In this document: positions 1-9,399 of the stretch, in pieces | How the letters are laid out: every line of letters begins with the position of its first letter | Position numbering within the stretch: position 1 is the first letter of the stretch | DNA from: a bacterium | GTDB lineage: Bacteria > Electryoneota > Electryoneia > Electryoneales > Electryoneaceae | Direction: 5' to 3' | Assembly (NCBI GenBank): GCA_043801585.1 | Contig: JAZDLX010000049.1 | Span: forward strand, 1 to 18,365 | Length of the DNA stretch: 18,365 nt | Position numbers and translations under genes: made by a program | The notes under the pieces: model-generated | The model's database searches: none | What the model was told of the DNA's origin: nothing | The model's input: only the letters and a program-made list of their open reading frames with translations

Positions 1-238
1 GCAGGACAGGGGGAAGTGTTCGGGGAGTCGGCAGCAGCAAACCATCATCGCTTTGCAGCTGTGGAACCGATCCGTGCAAACGATCGATTCCGCCCAGCCG
101 GAAATCAATCGAATGAATTCACGCCTGATCCGCATCAGTGAAAGAATAGAATGAGCATGGTGCTCTCGCTACATTCACTTTTGCGAACAGATTGATCTGG
201 ACAATCGTCCCATTGACTTCAACAGATCGTGCTGCGTC

Positions 239-2191
239 CTATTTCTTAAGGTCGAGCGTTTGACGGATTCTCTTTGCCAGGTCTCCGGGGGTGAATGGTT
301 TCTGAAGGAGGTTCACATCAGTCAACTCGACCCCTTTTTCCACCATCACGTTGGATGGGTAACCTGACAGAAAGAGCACCTTCAGATCGGGATGTATCAC
401 TTTCAGATTATCGACAAGTTCCTTGCCGCTCATCATCGGCATGATCATGTCCGTGAGCAACAGGTCGATTGGTTCGTCCAACCCTTTGATCAGCTCGAGA
501 GCTTCAACACCGTTTGACGCCTGATGCACAACGTATCCCCATTTGCCAAGAACATGGACAATCAGTTCCCGCAATTCCGGATCGTCTTCGGCAATCATGA
601 TCGTTTCCTTGCCCACGTAGGAGACAGGCGCAGAAACCGGGCGGATTTTATCTGTTTTCAGGTGCACCCGGGGAAGCATGATCTTGAACGTTGTTCCCTC
701 GTTCAGCTCACTATAAACCGAGATGTGACCTTTTGCCTGATTGATAATTCCGAGACAGGTGGAAAGACCCAATCCTGTTCCTTTTCCAATTTCCTTGGTG
801 GTGAAGAACGGTTCAAAAATCTTGTCCTTCATATTTGGCGGCATGCCGACACCCGTGTCAGTGACGGTTACCATCACATAATCGCCCGGCTTCAGGATCC
901 TGCTATCAGGACTCATTGTTTCGCTGGACAGGGTGACGTTTGATGTTTCAACGAGAAGTCTTCCACCATCGGGCATAGCGTCCCGCGCGTTGACAACAAG
1001 GTTTATCAGAACCTGTTCAAACGCCACCGGATCGATTTGTATATTGCCAAGTTCTTTCGCCGCCTTGAAACTGAAGGTGATGTCCTCGACAAGAAGACGT
1101 TGAATCATCTTGCCCAGATCGCTGATTGCATCGTTCAGATTAACGACCCGAGGTGAGACCGGTTTGTGCCGTGTGAACGCGAGAAGCTGTTCTGTCAGCT
1201 TAGCCGCCTTTTGAGCCGCCTTGACGATCTGTTCAACCTCGCTTTTTACTTTTTCGTCTCCCTGAAGATCATTGAGAGCGAGATCACTGTAGCTGAGGAT
1301 GATTGTCAGAAGGTTGTTGAAGTCGTGAGCAACACCTCCTGCCAGCCGTCCCACAGCCTCCATTTTCTGCGCCTGGCGGAATTGATCCTCCAGTTTTTTC
1401 CGCCCGGAGATGTCGATGATACAACCCAACACCTCAGTAGCTTTATTATCCTTGTCGCGTTGAATGGCGTTGGCTAATACGGTGACATGAATCCGCTGTT
1501 TGTCCTTTCTGAACAGAGAATGGTCGAGCACCAACTTCATCTTCTCACCATTCAAAAATTGCTGGTACTTTGATTGCACAGTTTCCATTTCATCAGGGTG
1601 GGTGAGGGATTGAAGCCATGACAGGAAATTGCCCTGGGATTGAATTTCATCGAGAGAATATCCGATGATTTCAGCAAAACGTTCATTTGCCGTAACAGGA
1701 GCCTTGTTGTGCACGGAGAGCTCAAAGAAGCCAAGACCGCTGGCCTCCACAGCCATTGCAATGCGTCGCTGATCCGCTTTTGCTTTCACTTCGGCAGCAC
1801 GCTGGGCGCGATGATTTTCGGCCTCTTTTATTTCACGACGAACCACTTCGGGCAATCGTGCCATGTCTCCTTTCAACAGGTAGTCGCGAGCCCCCGAGCG
1901 CATCGCTTCGACAGCCTGTTGTTCTCCGAGTGTGCCCGAAACAAAAATGAACGGAATATCCAGTGTACTATCTTTCAGAAAATTGAATGCCCGCAAACCG
2001 TTGTACTCGGGCATCCTGTAGTCGGAGATAATCAGGTCCCAGGATTTCGTCTTCAAAGCGGCCAGGTAGTCCCGTTCCGTATCCACCCTCAGGGGGTTGA
2101 TCTTGAAATTTGCTTTTCGAAGCTGGATACAGATCAGTTCCGCATCATCAGGATTGTCTTCGACGAGCAGTATGTTCAATGGTTTATCCAT
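239..2191 (-). CDS. Soluble hybrid sensor histidine kinase, REC-PAS-HisKA-HATPase-REC (CckA/NtrB-like kinase core)
   Basis: 650 aa ORF. N-terminal REC (LLVEDN...IISDYRMP...FVSG...YLLK); PAS-like segment (NERFAEIIGYS...THPDE); H-box GRLAGGVAHDFNNLL; N-box NLVVNARDAM; G1 VTDTGVGM; F-box FEPFFTTK; G2 GTGLGL; C-terminal REC (AEDD...LTDMIMP...FLSG...QKP). No obvious TM helix. Confidence 0.95.
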   Translation of the reverse strand: MDKPLNILLVEDNPDDAELICIQLRKANFKINPLRVDTERDYLAALKTKSWDLIISDYRMPEYNGLRAFNFLKDSTLDIPFIFVSGTLGEQQAVEAMRSGARDYLLKGDMARLPEVVRREIKEAENHRAQRAAEVKAKADQRRIAMAVEASGLGFFELSVHNKAPVTANERFAEIIGYSLDEIQSQGNFLSWLQSLTHPDEMETVQSKYQQFLNGEKMKLVLDHSLFRKDKQRIHVTVLANAIQRDKDNKATEVLGCIIDISGRKKLEDQFRQAQKMEAVGRLAGGVAHDFNNLLTIILSYSDLALNDLQGDEKVKSEVEQIVKAAQKAAKLTEQLLAFTRHKPVSPRVVNLNDAISDLGKMIQRLLVEDITFSFKAAKELGNIQIDPVAFEQVLINLVVNARDAMPDGGRLLVETSNVTLSSETMSPDSRILKPGDYVMVTVTDTGVGMPPNMKDKIFEPFFTTKEIGKGTGLGLSTCLGIINQAKGHISVYSELNEGTTFKIMLPRVHLKTDKIRPVSAPVSYVGKETIMIAEDDPELRELIVHVLGKWGYVVHQASNGVEALELIKGLDEPIDLLLTDMIMPMMSGKELVDNLKVIHPDLKVLFLSGYPSNVMVEKGVELTDVNLLQKPFTPGDLAKRIRQTLDLKK

Positions 2192-2250
2192 GGTAGCTCC
2201 GTGTTGAAAAGAATCCTCTCTCGTGCTGCCTGAGATTCGGCTGACTGTCT

Positions 2251-4251
2251 CTATTGCGAGGGAACCGCCTTGGTTATCTCCTTATCAGATCCCAGCGAGA
2301 AGAAAAAGGTGGCTCCCTCGTTGGGTCTGCCTTCTGCGCGGATGCGACCGCCGTGGCGGTGAACGATCCGCTGGACCGTAGCAAGGCCGATGCCTGTCCC
2401 CGGGAATTCAGTTTCCGAATGAAGACGCTGGAACAATCCAAAAAGTTTGTCCACGTATTTCATGTCGAACCCGGCGCCGTTGTCCCTGACGTAGAAAACC
2501 GACTCACCCTTTTCTTCAACCTTGCCAACCTCGATCCGGGCATCCTCGCGCTGTGAGGTGAATTTCCACGCATTCCCCAGGAGATTCTCGAGGACAGTCG
2601 TGAGAAGAGCGGGATCGGCATACGTTTTCAAGTTGTCCTTGGTATCCACGTTCACCGTGCGTTGCGGATCGCCCTCCCGCAGACGCTGAATGATCGTTTT
2701 GGCCAGATCGGCGATGTCCAGAGATTCAAAACTCATCTCCCGGCGGGTCAGCCGTGAAAGCGTAAGGAGACCTTCGATCATTTCACCCATCCTTTTGGCG
2801 CCCTCTTCGATGCGATCGAGATAGTGTTTGCCATTTTTGTCCAGATGCTCGCTGTACTCATCCAGCAGTATCCTGCTGAACATGCTCATGCTGCGAATGG
2901 GCTGGCCAAGGTCATGAGAAACGGAATAGGCGAATTGCTTCAATTCCTGGTTCAGGATCACCAGCTCACGATTTTTCAACTCGAGCTGGTGAAGCAGTTG
3001 GGACCGTGTCTCGGCGAGTTCACGTGCGGCCCTGGTTTCCGTGTCCTTCTGCAGGAATTTCTCACGGACTCTGCGATTCTCGTCCTCGAACTGCTTACGC
3101 CTCAGTTGGGCACGCAGCCTGGCTTTCAGCACCTCGAAATCGCTTGATTTCAAGATGTAGTCGTCCGCCCCGGCATTGATTCCTTCGATCATGGCGCTGG
3201 AATCTTCGAGAGCGGTCAGCATGATCAATGGGATATTTCTTGTCACGGTGGAACCTTTGATCCGGCCGCAGGTTTCGGTGCCGGACATCCTCGGCATCAG
3301 AAGATCGAGGAGAATGCAATCGACCTTATCAACGCTGAGCAGATCCAGCGCCTCCTGCCCCGACAGCGCTTTCACCACTTCAAACCCTTCCTCCTGAAGC
3401 TGATCGCTCAATTCTTCCAGGAAAGTCCGGCTGTCATCGACAGCCAGAACTCGTTTCGGGCCAAAGAGGCTGGACTCATGCAATTGTCCCCGCGATTCCG
3501 ACGCGGATCGCAGCACGGCGCCAAGGCGTGCCTTGATAACGTCAATTCCCTCGTCCTTGCGGACGAAGGCATCCGCCCCGGAATCCAGTGCGAGCACTTC
3601 GCTGGACGATTCATCGGAGGCGGTGAGCAGGATGCAGGGTGTCGATTGAAGGCCAGGATCGAAACGGATTCTGCGAACGACCGTGGTGCCGTCCATGCCC
3701 GGCATGACGCCATCCACGATGATGCTGTCGGGTGGATTTGCGACAGCCCGTTTCAACCCTTCCTCACCCGATCCGGCAGAAATCACAATGTAGCCCACGT
3801 CACGAAGACGGGCTCCAAGTTCCTCCCGAAAGGTTGCACTATCGTCGATAATCAATACCGTGTGCCGGGTATCGATCTCCAGAACAGGTTTTTTCAGAAG
3901 AGCCAGCGAACGAGCGATCACATAGGAGGTGTCATAGGGTTTCCCGACGTATTCGTTCGCACCGGTTTTCAGTCCGCGAATGCGATCCTTGACCTCCGAT
4001 TCCGTGGACAGCATCAGGATGGGAACCTCCGCGGTGGATTGATCATGTCTCAGTTCCCTTAGCAGGTCGACACCGTCACCGTCCGGAAGGAGGACATCGA
4101 GGATCACCAGGTCCGGGAACGTGCCGGAGATGTATTTTCTCGCTTCATCAAGGGTGGCGCAGAGCGTGGGAGAGTACCCCGCCTCCTTGAATGCTTCCCC
4201 CAGATCCATGCGGACCGTCAGGCTGTCATCAATGATGACAATGCGTTTCAT
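2251..4251 (-). CDS. Triple-receiver histidine kinase, REC-REC-REC-HisKA-HATPase (kinase core resembling the phytochrome/Cph1 type)
   Basis: 666 aa ORF. Three REC repeats (IIDDS..ILDVLLP..GKP; IIDDS..IVDGVMP..VRK; AVDDS..LLDLLMP..ILK); H-box FAYSVSHDLGQP; NLLGNAWKF; VRDNGAGF; LFQRLH; GTGIGLA. Starts 5 nt after the cheB stop. Confidence 0.95.
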   Translation of the reverse strand: MKRIVIIDDSLTVRMDLGEAFKEAGYSPTLCATLDEARKYISGTFPDLVILDVLLPDGDGVDLLRELRHDQSTAEVPILMLSTESEVKDRIRGLKTGANEYVGKPYDTSYVIARSLALLKKPVLEIDTRHTVLIIDDSATFREELGARLRDVGYIVISAGSGEEGLKRAVANPPDSIIVDGVMPGMDGTTVVRRIRFDPGLQSTPCILLTASDESSSEVLALDSGADAFVRKDEGIDVIKARLGAVLRSASESRGQLHESSLFGPKRVLAVDDSRTFLEELSDQLQEEGFEVVKALSGQEALDLLSVDKVDCILLDLLMPRMSGTETCGRIKGSTVTRNIPLIMLTALEDSSAMIEGINAGADDYILKSSDFEVLKARLRAQLRRKQFEDENRRVREKFLQKDTETRAARELAETRSQLLHQLELKNRELVILNQELKQFAYSVSHDLGQPIRSMSMFSRILLDEYSEHLDKNGKHYLDRIEEGAKRMGEMIEGLLTLSRLTRREMSFESLDIADLAKTIIQRLREGDPQRTVNVDTKDNLKTYADPALLTTVLENLLGNAWKFTSQREDARIEVGKVEEKGESVFYVRDNGAGFDMKYVDKLFGLFQRLHSETEFPGTGIGLATVQRIVHRHGGRIRAEGRPNEGATFFFSLGSDKEITKAVPSQ

Positions 4252-4256
4252 CGCGA

Positions 4257-5327
4257 TTATGTCCTCTCGATCGTGAGCTCGGGCTCACTGCATCGCAGTA
4301 AAAAGGGACTGATCTCCTTCAGGGAAAGAACGTATTGCGCACCACCCAGTCGAATCGCCTCGGCGGGCATACCGAAAATGACGGAGCTCTCTTCGTCCTG
4401 GGCAACGGTCAAACCGCCCCGTTGCCGAATCGCCAACATCCCCGCCGCACCATCTGTTCCCATGCCTGTCAGGAGGCATCCGATTGCCCGTTCTCCGATC
4501 ATCTCGGCAATCGACTCGAACAAGTGATCGACGGAGGGCCGGCAGGAATGCCGTTCGGGTTCATCGGAAAGGTGCAGTCTTTTGCCAACGACCTTCAGGT
4601 GCACATCGGCCGGAGCAAGAAGGACGATCCCCTTGCCTTCCGGCGGGAGGTGTTCTCCATCCACAGCAAATCTCACGGGGAGTGAGCAGTTTGTATCGAG
4701 CCATTCCGCGAGCGCCGGACTCATGGCCTCTGAGATGTGGATGACCAGCAGAATCGGAATCGGAAATGTCTTCGGGAGCGAAGCAAGTATGTTGAGAACA
4801 GCACCCGGACCTCCGGTCGAAGCGCCGATGGCAAGCACCCGCCAGGGTGATTTCGACTGTGCCCTGTTGCTGCTCTCATTCGAGTAGTCAATGTGATCAC
4901 GGAGACGTGCGCGTGGATGGGTAATGGTCTTGACCCTGGAGGTGATACGCAGGGCTTTCAATAGCTCATTGCACCAGTGGTTGCCTCCGTCCAGATCTCG
5001 AGGTTTTTCGATCACATCCACCGCACCCGCCGCGAGGGCGTCGTAGGTCTTGAACAGCTCTCCCCGGTTGGTGGAGGACGAGACGATCAAGATCGGTGTC
5101 GGACAGTAGGCCATGATGTACTCTGTTGCCGCCAATCCGGTCATGACAGGCATCATCATGTCCAGCGAGACGACGTCCGGACGGAGACGCTGGCAAAGTT
5201 CGATGACCGCTTTTCCATCCGCGGCTTCACCGACGACCTCGAAACTGGGATCCGACTGAAGCAGTTCCACGATGTGTTTGCGGATCGTCAGCGAATCGTC
5301 CGCAACCAAAACCCGAATTGGTGCCAT
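4257..5327 (-). CDS. cheB: Chemotaxis response regulator protein-glutamate methylesterase (REC-CheB, WspF-like)
   Basis: 356 aa. REC (VADDS, SLDMMMP, IEKP); catalytic triad motifs IGASTGG (Ser), VIHIS (His) and LTGMGTDG (Asp); also RPSVD and AQDEESSVIFGMP. Confidence 0.97.
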   Translation of the reverse strand: MAPIRVLVADDSLTIRKHIVELLQSDPSFEVVGEAADGKAVIELCQRLRPDVVSLDMMMPVMTGLAATEYIMAYCPTPILIVSSSTNRGELFKTYDALAAGAVDVIEKPRDLDGGNHWCNELLKALRITSRVKTITHPRARLRDHIDYSNESSNRAQSKSPWRVLAIGASTGGPGAVLNILASLPKTFPIPILLVIHISEAMSPALAEWLDTNCSLPVRFAVDGEHLPPEGKGIVLLAPADVHLKVVGKRLHLSDEPERHSCRPSVDHLFESIAEMIGERAIGCLLTGMGTDGAAGMLAIRQRGGLTVAQDEESSVIFGMPAEAIRLGGAQYVLSLKEISPFLLRCSEPELTIERT

Positions 5328-5329
5328 GC

Positions 5330-7384
5330 TTACCCTACCAGTCGACGAATTGTTTCAAGCAATTCCTGCTGATCAAAATCACTTTTGACGATAAAGGCAC
5401 GGGCGCCGACCTCTTTTCCACGGATTTTGTCGGTTGTGCTGCTCCGCGACGTGACGAGAATCGAAGGAATGGATTTCAAGCCGGGATATGCCCGTGCTTT
5501 CACGATGAACTCGAAACCGTTCATTCCCGGCATTTCAATGTCGACGATGAACAGTCCGAACTGTCGCGCCCTGGCCTTTTTCAGCGCTTCCTCACCCGAC
5601 ACGGCGAGCTCGACTTCATAACCGGCGGATTCGAGGATGCTCTGTTCCAACATCCTTGTCGTCAGCGAATCATCGATGATCAGAATGGGAGGGAGCGCCG
5701 GAGATGCGGTTTTGATGACCTCCGTGCCGTCATGCCAGCGGCCCATAACAAGCGCAAGGGGCGAGAGAACGATGCAGGGATTGCCCTGTTCGTCGAGCGC
5801 CACCCCTGCAATGGATGGTTCCACGGCGACATGTTCCGGCAGGTTGTTGATCTCTACGTTCTGAATCCCGAGTACACGATCGACCGCTATTGCGATCGAG
5901 TGACCGCCCGACGCGAGAACCACGGCACTCTGGTATTCAGGATGGGTATATCCGTTTGTGGGTTGGCGCAGAATATTCCGCAGGGAAACGAGGGAAACCG
6001 TCGTATCGTCAACAACGATTTTTTCCCCTTCCACCGAACGCGAGACGTCCTGCTCGCGGAAACGTACCACCTGGTCCACATTGTTGAGCGGCGCGAAGAC
6101 GGTTCGCTCGTTCAACTCCATGGCGAGGGCCGGCAGCGAGCTCAGGGAAAAAGGAAGCAGCAGTTCGACCGCCGCACCCTTTCCCGGATCGCTATGGAAG
6201 GCGATTTCTCCCTTGAGCTGTTCCACCGCCTCCCGCACCGCATCCAATCCCACACCCCTGCCGGAAATCGAAGTAAGAGTCTGCGTTGTGGTCATTCCTC
6301 CGCTCAGAAGCAGGAGGGAAAATCCGGGGAGATCGAGGGAAGAGGCTGCCTTTTCATCAATCAATCCCATCTCGACGGCAGTCTTCCGCAACGAGGGGAG
6401 ATCGAAACCCCTTCCGTCATCCCGGATCTGGATGGAGACGCGATGCCCCCGCCCTTCGATCGAGAGGTAGACATTTCCCACGGGATCTTTTTCCGCCATG
6501 ACTCTCTCCGCTTCGTCCTCGATCCCGTGCGCCACGGCGTTCCGCACAAGGTGGCGGAGAGCACCACGAATGTTGGTCAGGACGTAAGCATCGATGCGTG
6601 TTTCTATTCCGGAAGTATGAAAAACAACACGCTTGTTCAGTTCCACCGCGGCATCACGAACTGCACGTTCGAGATCGTCGACAAGCACTTCAGCGGGGAG
6701 GAGACGAAGATCGGAAACCAATTCGCGAACCTTCAGTACTGCCATGGAGACCTGCTCATTCTCCACCTTCAGACGGCGGTTCATACCCGCAAGATTCGCC
6801 CCAAGAGTTTCTATCCCGGTTTCCAGGAGATCCCATCGAACCTGGGTTTTCCAGCGGCGAATCTCCGTCAGCAAATTCTGATTTGTTTTAAAGGCAGCGT
6901 CAAGGTTCGCCTCTTCCTGTCGCATAACGGACAGGGCCGAATAGGCATCCATGAGCCTGTCGAACAGACGTCCCAATTTCTCCGGCTCGATCCTTATTCC
7001 GAGAGGTATCTCTTCGGAAGAGGATTTTTCTTTCGACTCGCCTGCCTGGATTTCCTCCGGTACGGATTCCGCAGGTTCTCCCAGTTTTCCGACAAACTCC
7101 CGGATAGTGTCCAGCTTGCCGAGAGCATTGTCGATCACCTGCCGGTTCAACCCTTCCATTGATTTGATGAACGGCGCGAGAAGATCTTCCATGGCATGGG
7201 CGATCTCACCAATCTGCACCTGCTTGACAACCCGTGCAGCGCCTTTCAGCGTGTGCGCGTGTCGCAGGATTTGCCGAACGAGATTGACGTCCTGCTCCCG
7301 TTCAAGCGTCAGCAGGCCATGGCTGATCGCGTCGATCAGTTCATGGGCCTCAATGCGGAAATACCGGTATGGATCTTTTGCCAT
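5330..7384 (-). CDS. cheA: Hybrid CheA, Hpt-dimerisation-HATPase-CheW-REC (WspE/FrzE-like)
   Basis: 684 aa. Hpt AHTLKGAA; HLVRNAVAHGIE; IRDDGRG; SGRGVGLDAV; CheW-like domain; C-terminal REC (IIDDS, IVDIEMPGMNG, LVTS, IVKS). No evident P2 domain. Confidence 0.96.
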   Translation of the reverse strand: MAKDPYRYFRIEAHELIDAISHGLLTLEREQDVNLVRQILRHAHTLKGAARVVKQVQIGEIAHAMEDLLAPFIKSMEGLNRQVIDNALGKLDTIREFVGKLGEPAESVPEEIQAGESKEKSSSEEIPLGIRIEPEKLGRLFDRLMDAYSALSVMRQEEANLDAAFKTNQNLLTEIRRWKTQVRWDLLETGIETLGANLAGMNRRLKVENEQVSMAVLKVRELVSDLRLLPAEVLVDDLERAVRDAAVELNKRVVFHTSGIETRIDAYVLTNIRGALRHLVRNAVAHGIEDEAERVMAEKDPVGNVYLSIEGRGHRVSIQIRDDGRGFDLPSLRKTAVEMGLIDEKAASSLDLPGFSLLLLSGGMTTTQTLTSISGRGVGLDAVREAVEQLKGEIAFHSDPGKGAAVELLLPFSLSSLPALAMELNERTVFAPLNNVDQVVRFREQDVSRSVEGEKIVVDDTTVSLVSLRNILRQPTNGYTHPEYQSAVVLASGGHSIAIAVDRVLGIQNVEINNLPEHVAVEPSIAGVALDEQGNPCIVLSPLALVMGRWHDGTEVIKTASPALPPILIIDDSLTTRMLEQSILESAGYEVELAVSGEEALKKARARQFGLFIVDIEMPGMNGFEFIVKARAYPGLKSIPSILVTSRSSTTDKIRGKEVGARAFIVKSDFDQQELLETIRRLVG

Positions 7385-7387
7385 GGA

Positions 7388-8863
7388 TCATCCTACCGTC
7401 GAATCGACTTGAACGAGACGGGCCAACTCTGTCGACAGGTTCGCTAGTTGTGACGCTGTCAGCAGAGTCTGGGTCGCTCCTGTTTCGGCTTCTTTTGTCG
7501 CCTGGGTGATATTCTGTATTGCAATGTTCACCTGCTCCACCGCTGTCGTCTGCTGTTTTGTGCTCAACTCGATTTCCCGGGCCGCTTCGGTCGTCGTCTC
7601 AACAAGGCTTCCGATTCGTTCAAAGGCGGTCCTCAGTTCTTCAAACCGCTGGATGCCGATTCCGGCTGTTTTCGAGCCCGTTTCCGTGGCCATGATCGTC
7701 GCGTTCACCGCGGCGCGGATCTCCTCGATCAGGGATCGAACCTCTTTGGTGGAACCACCCACCCGATCGGCAAGTTTGCGGATTTCCTCACCGACAACGG
7801 CGAAGCGGCGTCCCGAGTCGCCGGCATTCGCAGCTTCGATCGTGGCGTTGATCGCGAGGATATTCGTCTGTTCCGCAAGCTCGTTGATGATGTCGAGGAT
7901 TCCGCCGATCTGCTGGGATTTCTTCCCCAGGTCCAGCATGTGATGGACAATCGCTTCAACCTGCTGATTGATGTTGTTGACAGCCTCCTGGGACCGGCGA
8001 ACGTTCTCGTCGCCCTCAAGCGAACCTTTCGCCGTGTCGGCAGCGATGCCTGCGACACGCTGGGCGCTCTCCGCGATTTGACGGGAGCTGGTCAACAGTT
8101 CGCCGATGGTCGTGGAAATCTCGTTCATCGCCGAGGTCTGTTCCTTCGTTCCGCTGGCCTGCTGGCTTGCCGTAGCCTGCAATTCGGCGGATGAGCTTCG
8201 GATGTGCTGGACGGATCCTCCCACTTGGCGGGCGAGGCTCCGGGTGAGAAAGACGCCGGTCATGACGGCGATAACGAAAGTGACAATCAGCATGACGATC
8301 AGCGTGATTTCAGTCTGGCTGGACATTTGTTGTTCTGCTCGCTGACCGGCTTGCCTCTTCGCCTCTTCGCGGGTCTCCAGTGCAATGATGGCCGTAGACA
8401 ACTTGTTGTACTTCTCGCCGATCCGCGTATCAAACTCCGTGGCGATGCGTTTCAGATCGGTTGTTTTCTTGCGCAGTTCGATCACCCGATCGAGTTCCAA
8501 TTGAAAGTTTGAATCCGCAACCGCGATGGAAGTCGCCATCGCCCTTCCTTCGTCGGTCTGGCGGCGGCTGAAGATCAGGTCGAGGGTTTCATGAAATTCC
8601 TTGCCCGCCTGTTGCATCCGAGTCAGGTAATCGGGGTCGCCGACGAGCAGGTAGGCGCGTGCATCTGCGGTCCGTTGCTGCATCGCTGCTTTCAGATTGA
8701 TCGCATTGATGTGATTGTCCATGGAGGGAACAATGACGTTTTCGGTCATGTCGATCATCCGGTACATGGTGACGAGGGAGACCACCCCGATCACGACCAA
8801 AAGCAGGATGACGACTGCGAAACCCAGGGCGAGTTTCCGGCCAAATGTCCATGATATATTCAT
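7388..8863 (-). CDS. Methyl-accepting chemotaxis protein: two TM helices, periplasmic helical (4HB/CHASE3-like) sensor, no HAMP
   Basis: 491 aa. TM1 FAVVILLLVVIGVVSLVTM; about 150 aa helical periplasmic region; TM2 ITLIVMLIVTFVIAVMTGVFL; signalling motif IINELAEQTNILAINATIEAANAGDSGRRFAVVGEEIRKLA; EQ/QQ methylation-type pairs. GAGGAG SD upstream. Confidence 0.96.
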   Translation of the reverse strand: MNISWTFGRKLALGFAVVILLLVVIGVVSLVTMYRMIDMTENVIVPSMDNHINAINLKAAMQQRTADARAYLLVGDPDYLTRMQQAGKEFHETLDLIFSRRQTDEGRAMATSIAVADSNFQLELDRVIELRKKTTDLKRIATEFDTRIGEKYNKLSTAIIALETREEAKRQAGQRAEQQMSSQTEITLIVMLIVTFVIAVMTGVFLTRSLARQVGGSVQHIRSSSAELQATASQQASGTKEQTSAMNEISTTIGELLTSSRQIAESAQRVAGIAADTAKGSLEGDENVRRSQEAVNNINQQVEAIVHHMLDLGKKSQQIGGILDIINELAEQTNILAINATIEAANAGDSGRRFAVVGEEIRKLADRVGGSTKEVRSLIEEIRAAVNATIMATETGSKTAGIGIQRFEELRTAFERIGSLVETTTEAAREIELSTKQQTTAVEQVNIAIQNITQATKEAETGATQTLLTASQLANLSTELARLVQVDSTVG

Positions 8864-8877
8864 CGTGGTTCTCTCCT

Positions 8878-9399
8878 CTATCCGACATGAATGGTTTTTC
8901 GACTAAAAACAGCCTGGACCAGGTTTGGAAGGTTCAGGACGGTATGGCTGTCGCCCGAGTGTTCGAAAGCGCCGACGATGAAACTCGATGGGGAGGCATC
9001 CTTTGCTGCGCGCATCTCGTCGGCAGGGATCCGCAGATAGCCATGGAGTTCATCGAACACGAACCCGATCGAGCCGTCACCCGCAAGCAGCACCCAGACA
9101 GGGCTGCCCGGCTGATCCGATACCGAGACGAATGCCCCGAGGCGATACAGAGCGATCAGGTTTCCCTGAATCATGCCGATGCCCAACAGTGCGGGATTTG
9201 GGCTCACGACGGGTGTCACCCGGGGACATTTCTGAACGCCTTTTATTTCCATGACAGGAACGGCAAACAGATCTTTCTGAATTCGGATGGAGAGAAAATC
9301 CCGTTCTTCCTTTTTCTCATTCAATTCCGGATAAATAAATGCTCTATCGAATTCCTTCCGGATCTCTTCCACCGTCAAAGTGAAGGAGGATTGATTCAT
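8878..9399 (-). CDS. cheW: CheW-like coupling protein (WspD-like)
   Basis: Start moved from 9435 to ATG 9399, which has a GGAGG SD and an ATGA overlap with the cheR stop. CheW-like pattern FLSIRIQKDLFAVPV...VTPVVSPNPALLGIGMIQGNLIALY...GFVFDEL. Confidence 0.85.
   Translation of the reverse strand: MNQSSFTLTVEEIRKEFDRAFIYPELNEKKEERDFLSIRIQKDLFAVPVMEIKGVQKCPRVTPVVSPNPALLGIGMIQGNLIALYRLGAFVSVSDQPGSPVWVLLAGDGSIGFVFDELHGYLRIPADEMRAAKDASPSSFIVGAFEHSGDSHTVLNLPNLVQAVFSRKTIHVG

Noticed and set aside
1..154. Possible 3' end of a convergent plus-strand gene; frame 1 reads GQGEVFGES...RFAAV, reminiscent of a cNMP-binding motif (stop 139-141), and frame 2 is open to 154
   Set aside because: All three plus frames are open for over 100 nt and the fragment is too short to pick one; upstream sequence is needed.
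5318..7162. 614 aa plus-strand ORF
   Set aside because: Antisense shadow of cheA with no recognisable motifs; long antisense frames are common in GC-rich coding DNA.
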